Source: Aquitalea magnusonii
GTDB lineage: Bacteria > Pseudomonadota > Gammaproteobacteria > Burkholderiales > Chromobacteriaceae
DNA length: 24,000 nt
Reading direction: 5' to 3'
Assembly (NCBI RefSeq): GCF_003202035.1
Contig: NZ_QJKC01000017.1
Location: 48,987-72,986 of the forward strand
The position numbers were made by a program, and so were the translations under genes. Under the pieces are notes generated by a model. That model ran no database searches. It had not been told where the DNA came from and saw only the letters and a list, made by a program, of their open reading frames with translations. Within the stretch, counting starts at the first letter, position 1. The number at the start of each line of letters is the position of its first letter. Of this stretch, positions 11,848 to 20,003 are shown in pieces.

Positions 11848-13092
11848 TCAGATGTCCTGCCCTTCGACAATGCCATCATGATGCGCTGCCGATTTCGGCA
11901 GAATCAGATTGAGCGCCATGGCCAGAATGGAGCACAGGCCGACGCCGGCCAGCTCCAGCCCGCCCAGTTTCAGCGTCAGGCCGCCGATACCAGCGGTCAG
12001 CACCACCGAGATGATCACCAGATTGCGCGGCTGCATCAGGTCCACCTTGGCCTCGATCAGGGTCTTCAAACCAATGGAGGCGATAGTGCCGAACAGCAGC
12101 ACCATGATGCCGCCCATTACCGGCATGGGGATGGATTGCAGCAGGGCATTGAACTTGCCGAAGAAAGCCATGCAGATGGCAAATACGGCGGCCCAGGTCA
12201 TGGTCACCGGGTTGAAGTTGCGGGTAATCATCACCGCGCCGGTCACCTCGGCATAGGTCGTCACCGGCGGGCCGCCGATCAGGCCGGCCACGCACACGCC
12301 CAGGCCATCACCCATCAGCGTGCGATGCAGGCCCGGCGTCTTGGTGAAGTCCTTGCCAGTGACACCGCCAATGGCCATCACGCCACCGATATGCTCGATG
12401 GACGGGGCAATCGCCACCGGCAGCATGAACAGCGCGGCCGACCAGTTGACCTCGGGGCTGTGGAATACCGGTGCGGCAAACCACGGCGCATTGGCCAGCT
12501 TGGCAAAATCCACCACGCCCAGGAAAGCAGCGGCGATATAGCCCACGGTGACACCGGCCAGAATCGGCACCAGCTTGAACATGCCACGGGCGTAAATGGA
12601 CACGATGACCGTGGTGGCCAGCGAAATGGCCGCCAGCAGCATGGAGGTTTCATAGGGCATGATCTGCTTGCCACCCGCCTGGCCCATGGCCATGCCGGAG
12701 GCTGCGGTGGCGACCGACAGACCGATGATCATGATCACCGGACCGATCACCACCGGCGGCAGCAGCTTGTTGACCAGCTCCATGCCGCGCCAGCGCACGA
12801 TGGCAGCAAACACGAAATACATGAAACCGGCGGCAAACAGGCCGAACATGGTGGCACCCTGACCCCAGGTATGCATGGAATAGATGATGGGGCCGATAAA
12901 GGCAAACGAGCTACCCAGGAAAATGGGCACCTGACGCCCGGTACACAGCTGGAACAGCAAGGTGCCGATGCCGGCGCCGAGCAGCGCCATGGCGGGGTTG
13001 AGGCCGGTCAGCAGCGGTACCAGAACCAGTGCGCCGAATGCGACGAACAGGATCTGGGCGCCGGAGATGGCCACCTTCACGTGTTGGAACAT
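11848..13092 (-). CDS. uraA: Uracil permease, NCS2/nucleobase:cation symporter family
   Basis: 414 aa and polytopic. Family-typical segments include GAQILFVAFGALVLVPLLTG, VPIFLGSSFAFIGPI and TTYAEVTGAVMITR. It lies in a locus with upp. Confidence 0.9.
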   Translation of the reverse strand: MFQHVKVAISGAQILFVAFGALVLVPLLTGLNPAMALLGAGIGTLLFQLCTGRQVPIFLGSSFAFIGPIIYSMHTWGQGATMFGLFAAGFMYFVFAAIVRWRGMELVNKLLPPVVIGPVIMIIGLSVATAASGMAMGQAGGKQIMPYETSMLLAAISLATTVIVSIYARGMFKLVPILAGVTVGYIAAAFLGVVDFAKLANAPWFAAPVFHSPEVNWSAALFMLPVAIAPSIEHIGGVMAIGGVTGKDFTKTPGLHRTLMGDGLGVCVAGLIGGPPVTTYAEVTGAVMITRNFNPVTMTWAAVFAICMAFFGKFNALLQSIPMPVMGGIMVLLFGTIASIGLKTLIEAKVDLMQPRNLVIISVVLTAGIGGLTLKLGGLELAGVGLCSILAMALNLILPKSAAHHDGIVEGQDI

Positions 13093-13141
13093 AATGGGGT
13101 TTCCCTGTTTTTGTTAAAAGCAAATACGGCCTGACGCTGAC

Positions 13142-13780
13142 TCAGACCGTGCAATACATGATGGCCTGGGCAATGATGTTGTTTTGCTGCTGTGCCAGCC
13201 GGCTGTGCTGGCGGAAGTCCTGCACCATGGCCTGCACCCGCTGATAGGTGTCAAAGTTGGGTAGCGGCCGGTAGGCAATGTCCACTTCCAGCCGCGCCGC
13301 CACTTTCTTGATGGTGGTGGGCTTGATGCACACATGCTCGTCGGGCCGGCTATAGGCCAGAAAGCAGGTCACCACCGGCCACTTGGCCGGATTGGCATTG
13401 CCATCATTGCGGCACAGCTGCAGCACTTCGACAAAATCGGCAAAACTGTCCGGGCCAAACTGGTGCAGCAAGCGATAGAGCGCAGCGACAAAGGCGGCAT
13501 GCACATCGCGAAAGCCCAGATAATTGCGGAAGGCCATCTTCTCGAAGGTGCTGACCGTGGTGCTGCGGCCAATGATCTGGCGGCAGGTTTCGGTGATGTC
13601 GGCATAGCGCTGGCTGGCGATGGCCTGTTGCAGCCGCTCGGCCGTCAGCCCCTGCTGGCACAGCTGGATGACGCTATCCACGCTGCGGTGCTTTTTGGCC
13701 AGTGCCTGCCACTGCGCATCTTGCAGGCCGTCAGGAAAGCGCAGCAGAAAGTCGTTGTCGATCTGTTGATGGGCGTTCAT
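13142..13780 (-). CDS. Hypothetical cytoplasmic protein, family not recognised, embedded between upp and uraA
   Basis: 212 aa with host-like high-GC3 codon usage. A purine-rich RBS (AAAGGAAAGAAGGGAAAGGG) directly precedes the ATG at 13780. No signal peptide or TM segment, and no motif I can assign. The stop lies 49 nt upstream of the uraA start with no terminator between them. Confidence 0.7.
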   Translation of the reverse strand: MNAHQQIDNDFLLRFPDGLQDAQWQALAKKHRSVDSVIQLCQQGLTAERLQQAIASQRYADITETCRQIIGRSTTVSTFEKMAFRNYLGFRDVHAAFVAALYRLLHQFGPDSFADFVEVLQLCRNDGNANPAKWPVVTCFLAYSRPDEHVCIKPTTIKKVAARLEVDIAYRPLPNFDTYQRVQAMVQDFRQHSRLAQQQNNIIAQAIMYCTV

Positions 13781-13812
13781 CCCTTTCCCTTCTTTCCTTT
13801 GGCGGCTGGCTG

Positions 13813-13848
13813 CAAAAACGCCGCCCTTCCGGTACGGACGAGCGGCGT
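13813..13848 (-). terminator. Possible intrinsic terminator after upp
   Basis: Minus strand reads ACGCCGC (13848-13842), a 17-nt loop, GCGGCGT (13824-13818), followed by TTTTTGC. The large loop makes it a moderate candidate only. Confidence 0.45.
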
Positions 13849-13868
13849 GCTAACTATTCCCGGCAAAC

Positions 13869-14501
13869 TCAGGCGTGCTTGGTGCCGAAGATCTTGTCAC
13901 CGGCATCACCCAGACCCGGAATGATGTAGCCATTTTCATTCAGATGGCTGTCCAGCGAGGCGGCATACAGCTGCACGTCGGGGTGGGCATCGTTCACCAC
14001 CTTCACGCCTTCCGGTGCCGCCACCATCACCACCGCCTTGATCTGCTTGCAGCCCTTGCGCTTGAGCAGTTCGATGGTGGCCACCATGGAGCCGCCGGTG
14101 GCCAGCATCGGATCGATGATGATGGCGATGCGCTCATCCAGGCTGTCGACGAATTTTTCGAAATAGGACACCGGTTCCAGCGTTTCTTCGTTGCGGGCCA
14201 GGCCCACCACGCTGATCTTGGCCGACGGCACCAGGTCGAGCACGCCGTCCAGCATGCCGATGCCGGCGCGCAGGATGGGGACCACGGTGACTTTCTTGCC
14301 CTTGATCTGCTGGATGTCGATCTTGCCGCACCAGCCGTCGATGGTGGTGGCTTCCAGTTCAAAATCGCGGGTGGCTTCATAAGCCAGCAGACGCGCCAGT
14401 TCTTGGGTGAGCTGGCGGAATTTCATGGTGCTGATATCGCCCTCGCGCAACAGGCCGAGTTTGTGCTGTACCAGCGGATGGTTGACTACGTGGATGTTCA
14501 T
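13869..14501 (-). CDS. upp: Uracil phosphoribosyltransferase
   Basis: The N-terminus [20 protein letters not shown] is collinear with the E. coli Upp N-terminus. The PRPP-binding motif is [14 protein letters not shown], and the C-terminus is [18 protein letters not shown] chose the ATG at 14501; the ORF-track start at 14513 is a TTG four codons upstream. Confidence 0.95.
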   Translation of the reverse strand: MNIHVVNHPLVQHKLGLLREGDISTMKFRQLTQELARLLAYEATRDFELEATTIDGWCGKIDIQQIKGKKVTVVPILRAGIGMLDGVLDLVPSAKISVVGLARNEETLEPVSYFEKFVDSLDERIAIIIDPMLATGGSMVATIELLKRKGCKQIKAVVMVAAPEGVKVVNDAHPDVQLYAASLDSHLNENGYIIPGLGDAGDKIFGTKHA

Positions 14502-14524
14502 GCTTGGTCCCAAACCTTGCGAAA

Positions 14525-14564
14525 AAGCTGCCGGTTGCGATGTTGTGGAGCGCAGGGGCAGCTT
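14525..14564 (-). promoter_or_regulatory. Terminator-like hairpin plus U-run in the upp 5' leader
   Basis: Minus strand reads AAGCTGCC (14564-14557), a 24-nt loop, GGCAGCTT (14532-14525), followed by TTTTC. It ends about 20 nt upstream of the upp ATG. Confidence 0.35.
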
Positions 14565-14580
14565 GTTTCAGATATGCGAA

Positions 14581-14604
14581 ACCGGCCTGGTTGCCATGGC
14601 CGGT
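14581..14604 (-). terminator. Weak hairpin after the EAL gene
   Basis: Minus strand reads ACCGGCC, loop ATGGCAACCA, GGCCGGT, followed by TTCGC. It lies 27 nt after the EAL stop and has a poor U-tract. Confidence 0.3.
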
Positions 14605-14630
14605 CTTTGAATGAGGTATGGGGCGATATT

Positions 14631-15476
14631 CTACCGCTTTTCCCACTGGGAAATCCACGGGATTAACCCTGAGGCCGGCAGTGGTGCCGCACAGATATAG
14701 CCCTGCACCGCATGGCAGCCCAGTTCGCTCAGTACGGACAGATCGGTCGCATCCTCCACCCCCATGCCCACCGTGCTCAGGCCGCCGGCCTGGGCCAGTG
14801 CCAGTGCCTCGCCCAGAATGGCCCGCAGGTGCTGGTTGTCGCCGGCGCCATGTACAAAGGCACGGTCGATTTTCAGACCGCTGAAATGGCTGCTCTGCAG
14901 CTTGTCGGTCAGACCGGTGCCAATGCCGAATTCATCCACCATCACGCCAAAGCCTGCCTGGCGCAGCGCCTGCAGCTGGGTGTCGGCCATGGCCCAGTGC
15001 TGGCGCAGGGTGCTTTCGGAAAATTCCAGGGTCAGGTTTGCCGGCTGCAGGCCGGCCAGCCTGGTTTTCTGGGCCAGATGCCCGGCCAGCTGCGGGTCGG
15101 CCAGCAACTGGGCGGACAGATTGATCGATACCTGCAATGCCTGCCCCTGGTCCAGCCAGTCGCGGCAGGCATACAGCGATTTTTCCAGGATCAGCTCGGT
15201 CAGCTCGCGTATCATGCCGCGCTCTTCCATCACCGGCACGAAGGTGATGGGCGAGAGCACGCCCAGTGCCGGATGGCGCCAGCGCGCCAGCGCCTCGGCG
15301 CCGATGACACGGCGGTCGCGGATATCGACAATGGGCTGGAAATACGGCACCAGCTGGTCGTTGACCAGTGCTTTCCAGATTTCATCGATGGGCATGGCAC
15401 CACCACTGTCGCTGGTGGCGTGGCCGGTGAGGTGTTCGGTTTGGGCAAGAAAGCCCGCAGCTTGTGAAGGTGTCAT
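14631..15476 (-). CDS. Stand-alone EAL-domain protein (putative c-di-GMP phosphodiesterase or c-di-GMP binding protein)
   Basis: EAL-domain signature residues are present in order: YFQPIV, GAEALARW, QVSINLS, LTLEFSES, VDEFGIGTG, LKIDRAFV, GVED, VQGY. No sensory or TM domain is present. The start is uncertain: ATG at 15476 (MTPSQ...) or ATG at 15395 (MPIDEIW...). The ORF-track start at 15686 overlaps the grxD terminator and is rejected. Confidence 0.8.
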   Translation of the reverse strand: MTPSQAAGFLAQTEHLTGHATSDSGGAMPIDEIWKALVNDQLVPYFQPIVDIRDRRVIGAEALARWRHPALGVLSPITFVPVMEERGMIRELTELILEKSLYACRDWLDQGQALQVSINLSAQLLADPQLAGHLAQKTRLAGLQPANLTLEFSESTLRQHWAMADTQLQALRQAGFGVMVDEFGIGTGLTDKLQSSHFSGLKIDRAFVHGAGDNQHLRAILGEALALAQAGGLSTVGMGVEDATDLSVLSELGCHAVQGYICAAPLPASGLIPWISQWEKR

Positions 15477-15643
15477 GGCGGTATCCGGTCGGGATAGGGC
15501 AGCGGGCTGCCGGCAGTAGGCTGTTTGCTGAATTGTAAGACAGTCAGGCGGTAGTGGATATGAACTTGTCGTGCGGTCCGGAGAAAATCGGCGGGTCTGG
15601 GCATGTGCGCGCCCTGCTTGTGTGCATCGATGCGGCGTGCCGG

Positions 15644-15672
15644 CAAAGAAAAACCCGGCCGGGGCCGGGTTT
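15644..15672 (-). terminator. Intrinsic terminator after grxD
   Basis: Minus strand reads AACCCGGCC, loop CC, GGCCGGGTT, followed by TTTCTTTG. It lies 27 nt downstream of the grxD stop. Confidence 0.75.
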
Positions 15673-15698
15673 GCTCTGCTTGCCATGGTGGGCGTGGC

Positions 15699-16010
15699 TT
15701 ACAGCCCTTGCAGCACTTCCTGCAATTCGCCGGACTGGTACATTTCGTACATGATGTCCGAGCCACCGATGAACTCGCCCTTGACGTAGAGCTGCGGAAT
15801 GGTCGGCCAGTTGGAGAATTCCTTGATGCCCTGGCGGATTTCGGCGTCCTGCAGCACGTCGACGGTCTTGATGTTTTCCACGCCACAGGCTTTCAGAATC
15901 TGGACCGCGCGCGAGGAGAAGCCGCACTGCGGGAACTGGGCCGAGCCTTTCATGAACAGCACAACCGGGTTCTCGGTAACGGTCTGCTTGATGATGTCCT
16001 GGGTATCCAT
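15699..16010 (-). CDS. grxD: Monothiol glutaredoxin (Grx4/GrxD type, CGFS active site)
   Basis: [36 protein letters not shown]...[19 protein letters not shown]. The ATG at 16010 has an AAGGAA RBS. The ORF-track start at 16037 adds nine unlikely residues. Confidence 0.9.
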   Translation of the reverse strand: MDTQDIIKQTVTENPVVLFMKGSAQFPQCGFSSRAVQILKACGVENIKTVDVLQDAEIRQGIKEFSNWPTIPQLYVKGEFIGGSDIMYEMYQSGELQEVLQGL

Positions 16011-16103
16011 GAGGAATTCCTTGCGGTGAACGGGCAAACAGCGGGTTTGCCCTCAATACTTGACTGAAACGATGGGTTATTGTACGTAAGCCGGCTGCGC
16101 TGG

Positions 16104-17462
16104 TCAATTTGCCTGATGACGTGCGCGCAACTGGCGCAGGAATATTTCGGCCTGGCCGTCGTACAGGGCGTGGCGGTTCATGAAGCGCGACACGTTGGCC
16201 GCCACCAGCGCCGTGGCCATCAGCGGAATGATCATGGTGGACGACGAAGAGGTCATTTCCATCACGATGACAAAGCCGGTCATCGGCGCGCGGGTCATGC
16301 CGGAGAAAAACGCCACCATGCCCAGCAGTACCATGGCCGCCTGCGGCAGCGAGGGCAGCAGCAAGGACATGTTCAGGCCAAAGCCCGCTCCCACCGCCAG
16401 CGAGGGGGCGAACATGCCGCCGGGAGCACCGCTGATATAGGTGATGATCAGCGAAACCAGCTTGAGAATGCCGTACTCCTGCATGCTGCTGCCACCGCCT
16501 TCGATGATCTCCTTGGCGCGGAAATAGCCGGTGCCGAAGGTGATGCCGTCGCTGGCAATGCCGATGACCGCCAGCAACAGGCCGCAGGCAATGGCAAACA
16601 GGATGGGGTAGTTGATGCGCCAGCCGTGCAGCGGGCCGGGCAGGTGATGGGCCAGTGTCAGGATGGCGCGCGAGGTCAGACCGCCGATGATGCCGCCGAC
16701 AATGCCGCACACCGGAATGGCCATCCAGCCCGAGCGCAGCTCCAGCACCACCGACACCACGCCGAAGTAGTTGTAATCACCCAGTACCGCAATGGCGGTA
16801 ATACCGGCCAGGATGACCGACAACAGGATGGTGGAGCTGGCGCGCTGGTCGAAGGTGCGGCCCATTTCCTCGATGGCGAACACGATGCCGGCCAGCGGGG
16901 TATTGAAGGCCGCCGCCACACCGGCCGCTGCGCCCGCCAGGATAAAGCTGCGTGCCACGCCCTCATGGCGCAGGGCAGCCTCGCGGTTGAGCGAGTACTT
17001 GATGGCGGCCCCCACCTGCACGATGGGGCCTTCATAGCCCATGGTGGAGCCACAGCCCACGCCGATCAGCGTCAATACCATCTTGCCCACGGCGGCGCGC
17101 ATGGTGAGTATGCGCGCGCGCAAGGCGTGCATGCCCGGCTGCATGGCAATGATGGTTTGCGGAATGCCACCGCCGCCGGCACCATCGAAGAAGGTGCGCA
17201 GCAGCCATACCGACAAACCCAGCCCGGCCGGGGTGATCAGCAGGGCCCAGTAGGGCGACTGGTCGTAGATCTGGTAGAACAGTTCGTGCGACAGATGGCT
17301 GCCATTGGCAAACACTGCCGCCACCAGGCCAATCAGAATGGCAGCAATCCAGATCGGAGCCCGACGTCGCCACAGTGCCATGGACAAATACAGATATCTC
17401 AGGCGGCGGCTGGCGCGCAGGCCGTGCTGGCCCAGGCGCCGGGCGACTCTGGTGTCGGACAT
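16104..17462 (-). CDS. ClC-family voltage-gated chloride channel / anion:proton antiporter homolog
   Basis: Polytopic. ClC selectivity-filter motifs are GGGIPQ (canonical GSGIP), GYEGPIVQVGA (GxEGP with the gating Glu) and GGMFAPSLAVGAG (GxFAP). No C-terminal CBS domains. I prefer the ATG at 17462 over the GTG at 17516. Confidence 0.85.
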   Translation of the reverse strand: MSDTRVARRLGQHGLRASRRLRYLYLSMALWRRRAPIWIAAILIGLVAAVFANGSHLSHELFYQIYDQSPYWALLITPAGLGLSVWLLRTFFDGAGGGGIPQTIIAMQPGMHALRARILTMRAAVGKMVLTLIGVGCGSTMGYEGPIVQVGAAIKYSLNREAALRHEGVARSFILAGAAAGVAAAFNTPLAGIVFAIEEMGRTFDQRASSTILLSVILAGITAIAVLGDYNYFGVVSVVLELRSGWMAIPVCGIVGGIIGGLTSRAILTLAHHLPGPLHGWRINYPILFAIACGLLLAVIGIASDGITFGTGYFRAKEIIEGGGSSMQEYGILKLVSLIITYISGAPGGMFAPSLAVGAGFGLNMSLLLPSLPQAAMVLLGMVAFFSGMTRAPMTGFVIVMEMTSSSSTMIIPLMATALVAANVSRFMNRHALYDGQAEIFLRQLRARHQAN

Positions 17463-17568
17463 GGGGGAGGGAACTCCGTGGCGGTTTATCGAGAGCTGAG
17501 CAAAGCCGCGTGACACATCGTTTGATATGAAACGGTATTTTCGACTTTGCTAATACTCGATGATAAGG

Positions 17569-18828
17569 TCAATTACCTTTCCTGACCAGAACCGCTGCGA
17601 AGAAACCGTCGGAATTATGCAGGTGCGGCTTCAATTCCAGATAGTCGCCAATCTGTAGCGGGATCTTCTGTTCGGCCAGCGCTTCATCCATCGGCAGCAG
17701 GACAAAGTCCGGGTGGGCGGCCAGGAAGGCTTCGACGATGTCGCGGTTTTCCTGCGGCAGCAGGCTGCAGGTGGCGTACACCAGACGGCCGCCCACTTTC
17801 ACCAGGCGCGCGGCCGAGGCCAGGATGGCGGTTTGCTTGACGTTCAGCTCGGCCACGCTTTCCGGGCTCTGGCGGAATTTCAGGTCCGGATTGCGGCGCA
17901 AGGTGCCCAGGCCGGAACACGGCGCATCCACCAGCACGCGGTCGGCCTTGCCCGCCAGGCGTTTTACCTTGCTGTCGTTTTCATGCGCCAGCAGCTGCGG
18001 GTGCACATTGGACAGGCCGGAGCGGGCCAGGCGCGGCTTGAGGTTGGCCAGGCGTTTTTCCGATACATCGAAGGCGTACAGACGGCCGCTGGAGGCCATC
18101 TGGTTGCCCAGCAGCAGGGTCTTGCCACCGGCTCCGGCACAGAAATCCACCACCATTTCACCACGACGGGCACCGGTGATCAGGCCCAGCAGCTGGCTGC
18201 CTTCGTCCTGCACTTCGATGACACCGGACTTGAACAGCTCGTACTTGGACAGCGCCGGCTTGTCTTGCAGACGGATGCCGATGGGCGAGTAGGGGGTGGG
18301 CTCGCACGGCATGCCGTCGGCGCGCAGGCGGTCCATCACTTCGTCGCGCTTCATCTTCATGGTGTTGACGCGCAGATCCAGCGGCGCCGGCTCCATCAGG
18401 CCCAGGCCCAGCGCCAGCACGTCTTTCGGGTCTTTTTCCGCCAGGCGCTCGATCACCCATTCCGGCAGTTCGGCGGCGATGGACAGGTTGTCGTCCAGCT
18501 GCTTGCCCTTGACGCTGCTCAGCCATTCGCGCTCACCGGCGCTGGTGGCGTCGGCCAGTTCCTTGATATTGAGCTTTTGCAGGCGCATCAGCGCCACCAT
18601 GGCCAGCCGGCGCGGGCTGGCCTTTTCCGGGGCGATCAGCGCGCGGAACTGGATCAGGCGGCGCAGGCAGCCAAAGGCGGTTTCGGCAATCAGGTGACGG
18701 TCGTTGGAACCCAGCTTCACGTTTTCACGGAAGTAGGCGGACAGCACGGCATCGGCCGGGCGGTCAAAGCGGATCATCTGGCCGATGACGTTTTCGATGT
18801 GTTTCAGTTGGCTATGGCTGATATTCAT
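17569..18828 (-). CDS. RsmB/NOP2/Sun-family SAM-dependent RNA (cytosine-C5) methyltransferase
   Basis: 419 aa. Motifs are VVDFCAGAGGKT (SAM binding), VLVDAPCSGLGTLRRNPD and LVYATCS (catalytic Cys pair). Its ATG (18828-18826) overlaps the upstream TAA (18830-18828) as TAATG. Confidence 0.85.
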   Translation of the reverse strand: MNISHSQLKHIENVIGQMIRFDRPADAVLSAYFRENVKLGSNDRHLIAETAFGCLRRLIQFRALIAPEKASPRRLAMVALMRLQKLNIKELADATSAGEREWLSSVKGKQLDDNLSIAAELPEWVIERLAEKDPKDVLALGLGLMEPAPLDLRVNTMKMKRDEVMDRLRADGMPCEPTPYSPIGIRLQDKPALSKYELFKSGVIEVQDEGSQLLGLITGARRGEMVVDFCAGAGGKTLLLGNQMASSGRLYAFDVSEKRLANLKPRLARSGLSNVHPQLLAHENDSKVKRLAGKADRVLVDAPCSGLGTLRRNPDLKFRQSPESVAELNVKQTAILASAARLVKVGGRLVYATCSLLPQENRDIVEAFLAAHPDFVLLPMDEALAEQKIPLQIGDYLELKPHLHNSDGFFAAVLVRKGN

Positions 18829-19988
18829 TAACGGTTATTCCGGGTCATGGGGCGAGCGGGCAGGCGCCATTGCTCGGTGCCGTCAATATTGATCAGCACG
18901 GCGCGCAGTTCTACCCGTTTGCTCTTGTCAGTGCGCGAAATGCGCACCGGCAGGTTGGCGAAATCCGGAGCCAGCCAGAATTCGGTGATGTCATCCTCGC
19001 CCTTGGCGCGGAACACTATCACCCGGATCTTGCCGGAGCCGGTGTCGTAATCGGTTTCGCCACTGGGGGTCATCGGATATTCATAGACCTTTTTCCCAGT
19101 GGTGATCTGCAAGGGGGCGGAGCCAAGCTGGCCGCCCTTCAGCCCCAGCTGGAAGGCCAGGCTGAATACATCTTGTGCGCCGGCGCGCAGGGCGACTTCC
19201 TTGTCGCCCTGATCGCCAAAGTGCAGGGTGCCGGCTGCCCAGTCAAAGCGGGCGGATTCCTTGGCCTCATGGCCTACCCAGGCTTGCAGGCTGTCCGGCT
19301 GTAGGCCGTGCTGGTTTAACCGGCCTTGTGAAAGATAGCGCCGCTTCCCGCCGATAACCGGGTTGAAGCGAATCTCCAGCGTATAACTGTTCGGGCCATG
19401 TTGCCAGTCAAGGCCACCACTGCCGACCATGGCGTTGTTGTAGAAGGTCTGATAACCCAGCTGGGCCTGCGCCGGGAAACGGTGCTGGGCGGTCAGCGGT
19501 GTCAGATAACCGGCCGGCCTGTCCGCCACGGTGGCGGCCGGGGCGCTGGCGTCGACGGTGTGCTCATGCGGCTCAGTCTTGTCCGCTTTTGCGGCATGGG
19601 CCGTTGCCGGCGCACTGGCCGCGCCTGGCTGGTGGCTATTGGCCTGTTCCGCCAGCGGCTGGCTGGCGTCCTCCGTCTCGGCTGCTTGTTCTGCTGCCGG
19701 GGCTTGCTCCGCTTTGGCGTGCGCTGCCGAGGCATCGTGATGGCGCTTTGCCTTGTGCCCGCTCACGGCTCTTGCCGGCCCGCCGGGCAGCAGTCTGGCG
19801 GTGGGCGTGGCAGGTGGCGTGGCTTGTTCCAGCTGCAGCGCCTGCATTTTTACATCGATCTTGCGCAGGGCCTGATCGGGCGGCAATGCTATCGTGCTTT
19901 CCGGCAGCAGGCCGGAGCCCAGCATGGCCACATGCAGCAGCAGGGAAGCCAGCAGGGCCAGGATGAATATCCGCAGCGACGATTTCAT
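18828..19988 (-). CDS. DUF3108-like protein with N-terminal membrane anchor/signal and low-complexity Ala/Pro/His-rich linker
   Basis: MKSSLRIFILALLASLLLHVAML is a hydrophobic N-terminus. A roughly 130-aa A/P/Q/E/H-rich linker follows. The C-terminal beta-rich domain includes YQTFYNNAMVGSGGLDW...YTLEIRF...ITEFWLAPDFANLPVRI. I chose the ATG at 19988; the alternative is the GTG at 20003, which abuts the purN stop. Confidence 0.7.
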   Translation of the reverse strand: MKSSLRIFILALLASLLLHVAMLGSGLLPESTIALPPDQALRKIDVKMQALQLEQATPPATPTARLLPGGPARAVSGHKAKRHHDASAAHAKAEQAPAAEQAAETEDASQPLAEQANSHQPGAASAPATAHAAKADKTEPHEHTVDASAPAATVADRPAGYLTPLTAQHRFPAQAQLGYQTFYNNAMVGSGGLDWQHGPNSYTLEIRFNPVIGGKRRYLSQGRLNQHGLQPDSLQAWVGHEAKESARFDWAAGTLHFGDQGDKEVALRAGAQDVFSLAFQLGLKGGQLGSAPLQITTGKKVYEYPMTPSGETDYDTGSGKIRVIVFRAKGEDDITEFWLAPDFANLPVRISRTDKSKRVELRAVLINIDGTEQWRLPARPMTRNNR

Positions 19989-20003
19989 GCCGGAGCCGAT
20001 CAC

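Noticed and set aside
17463-17568. A possible fluoride riboswitch (crcB motif) upstream of the ClC gene.
   Set aside because: The minus-strand leader shows no resemblance to the conserved fluoride-riboswitch core as I remember it. The channel also has canonical GxEGP/GxFAP motifs rather than the CLC-F-type filter.
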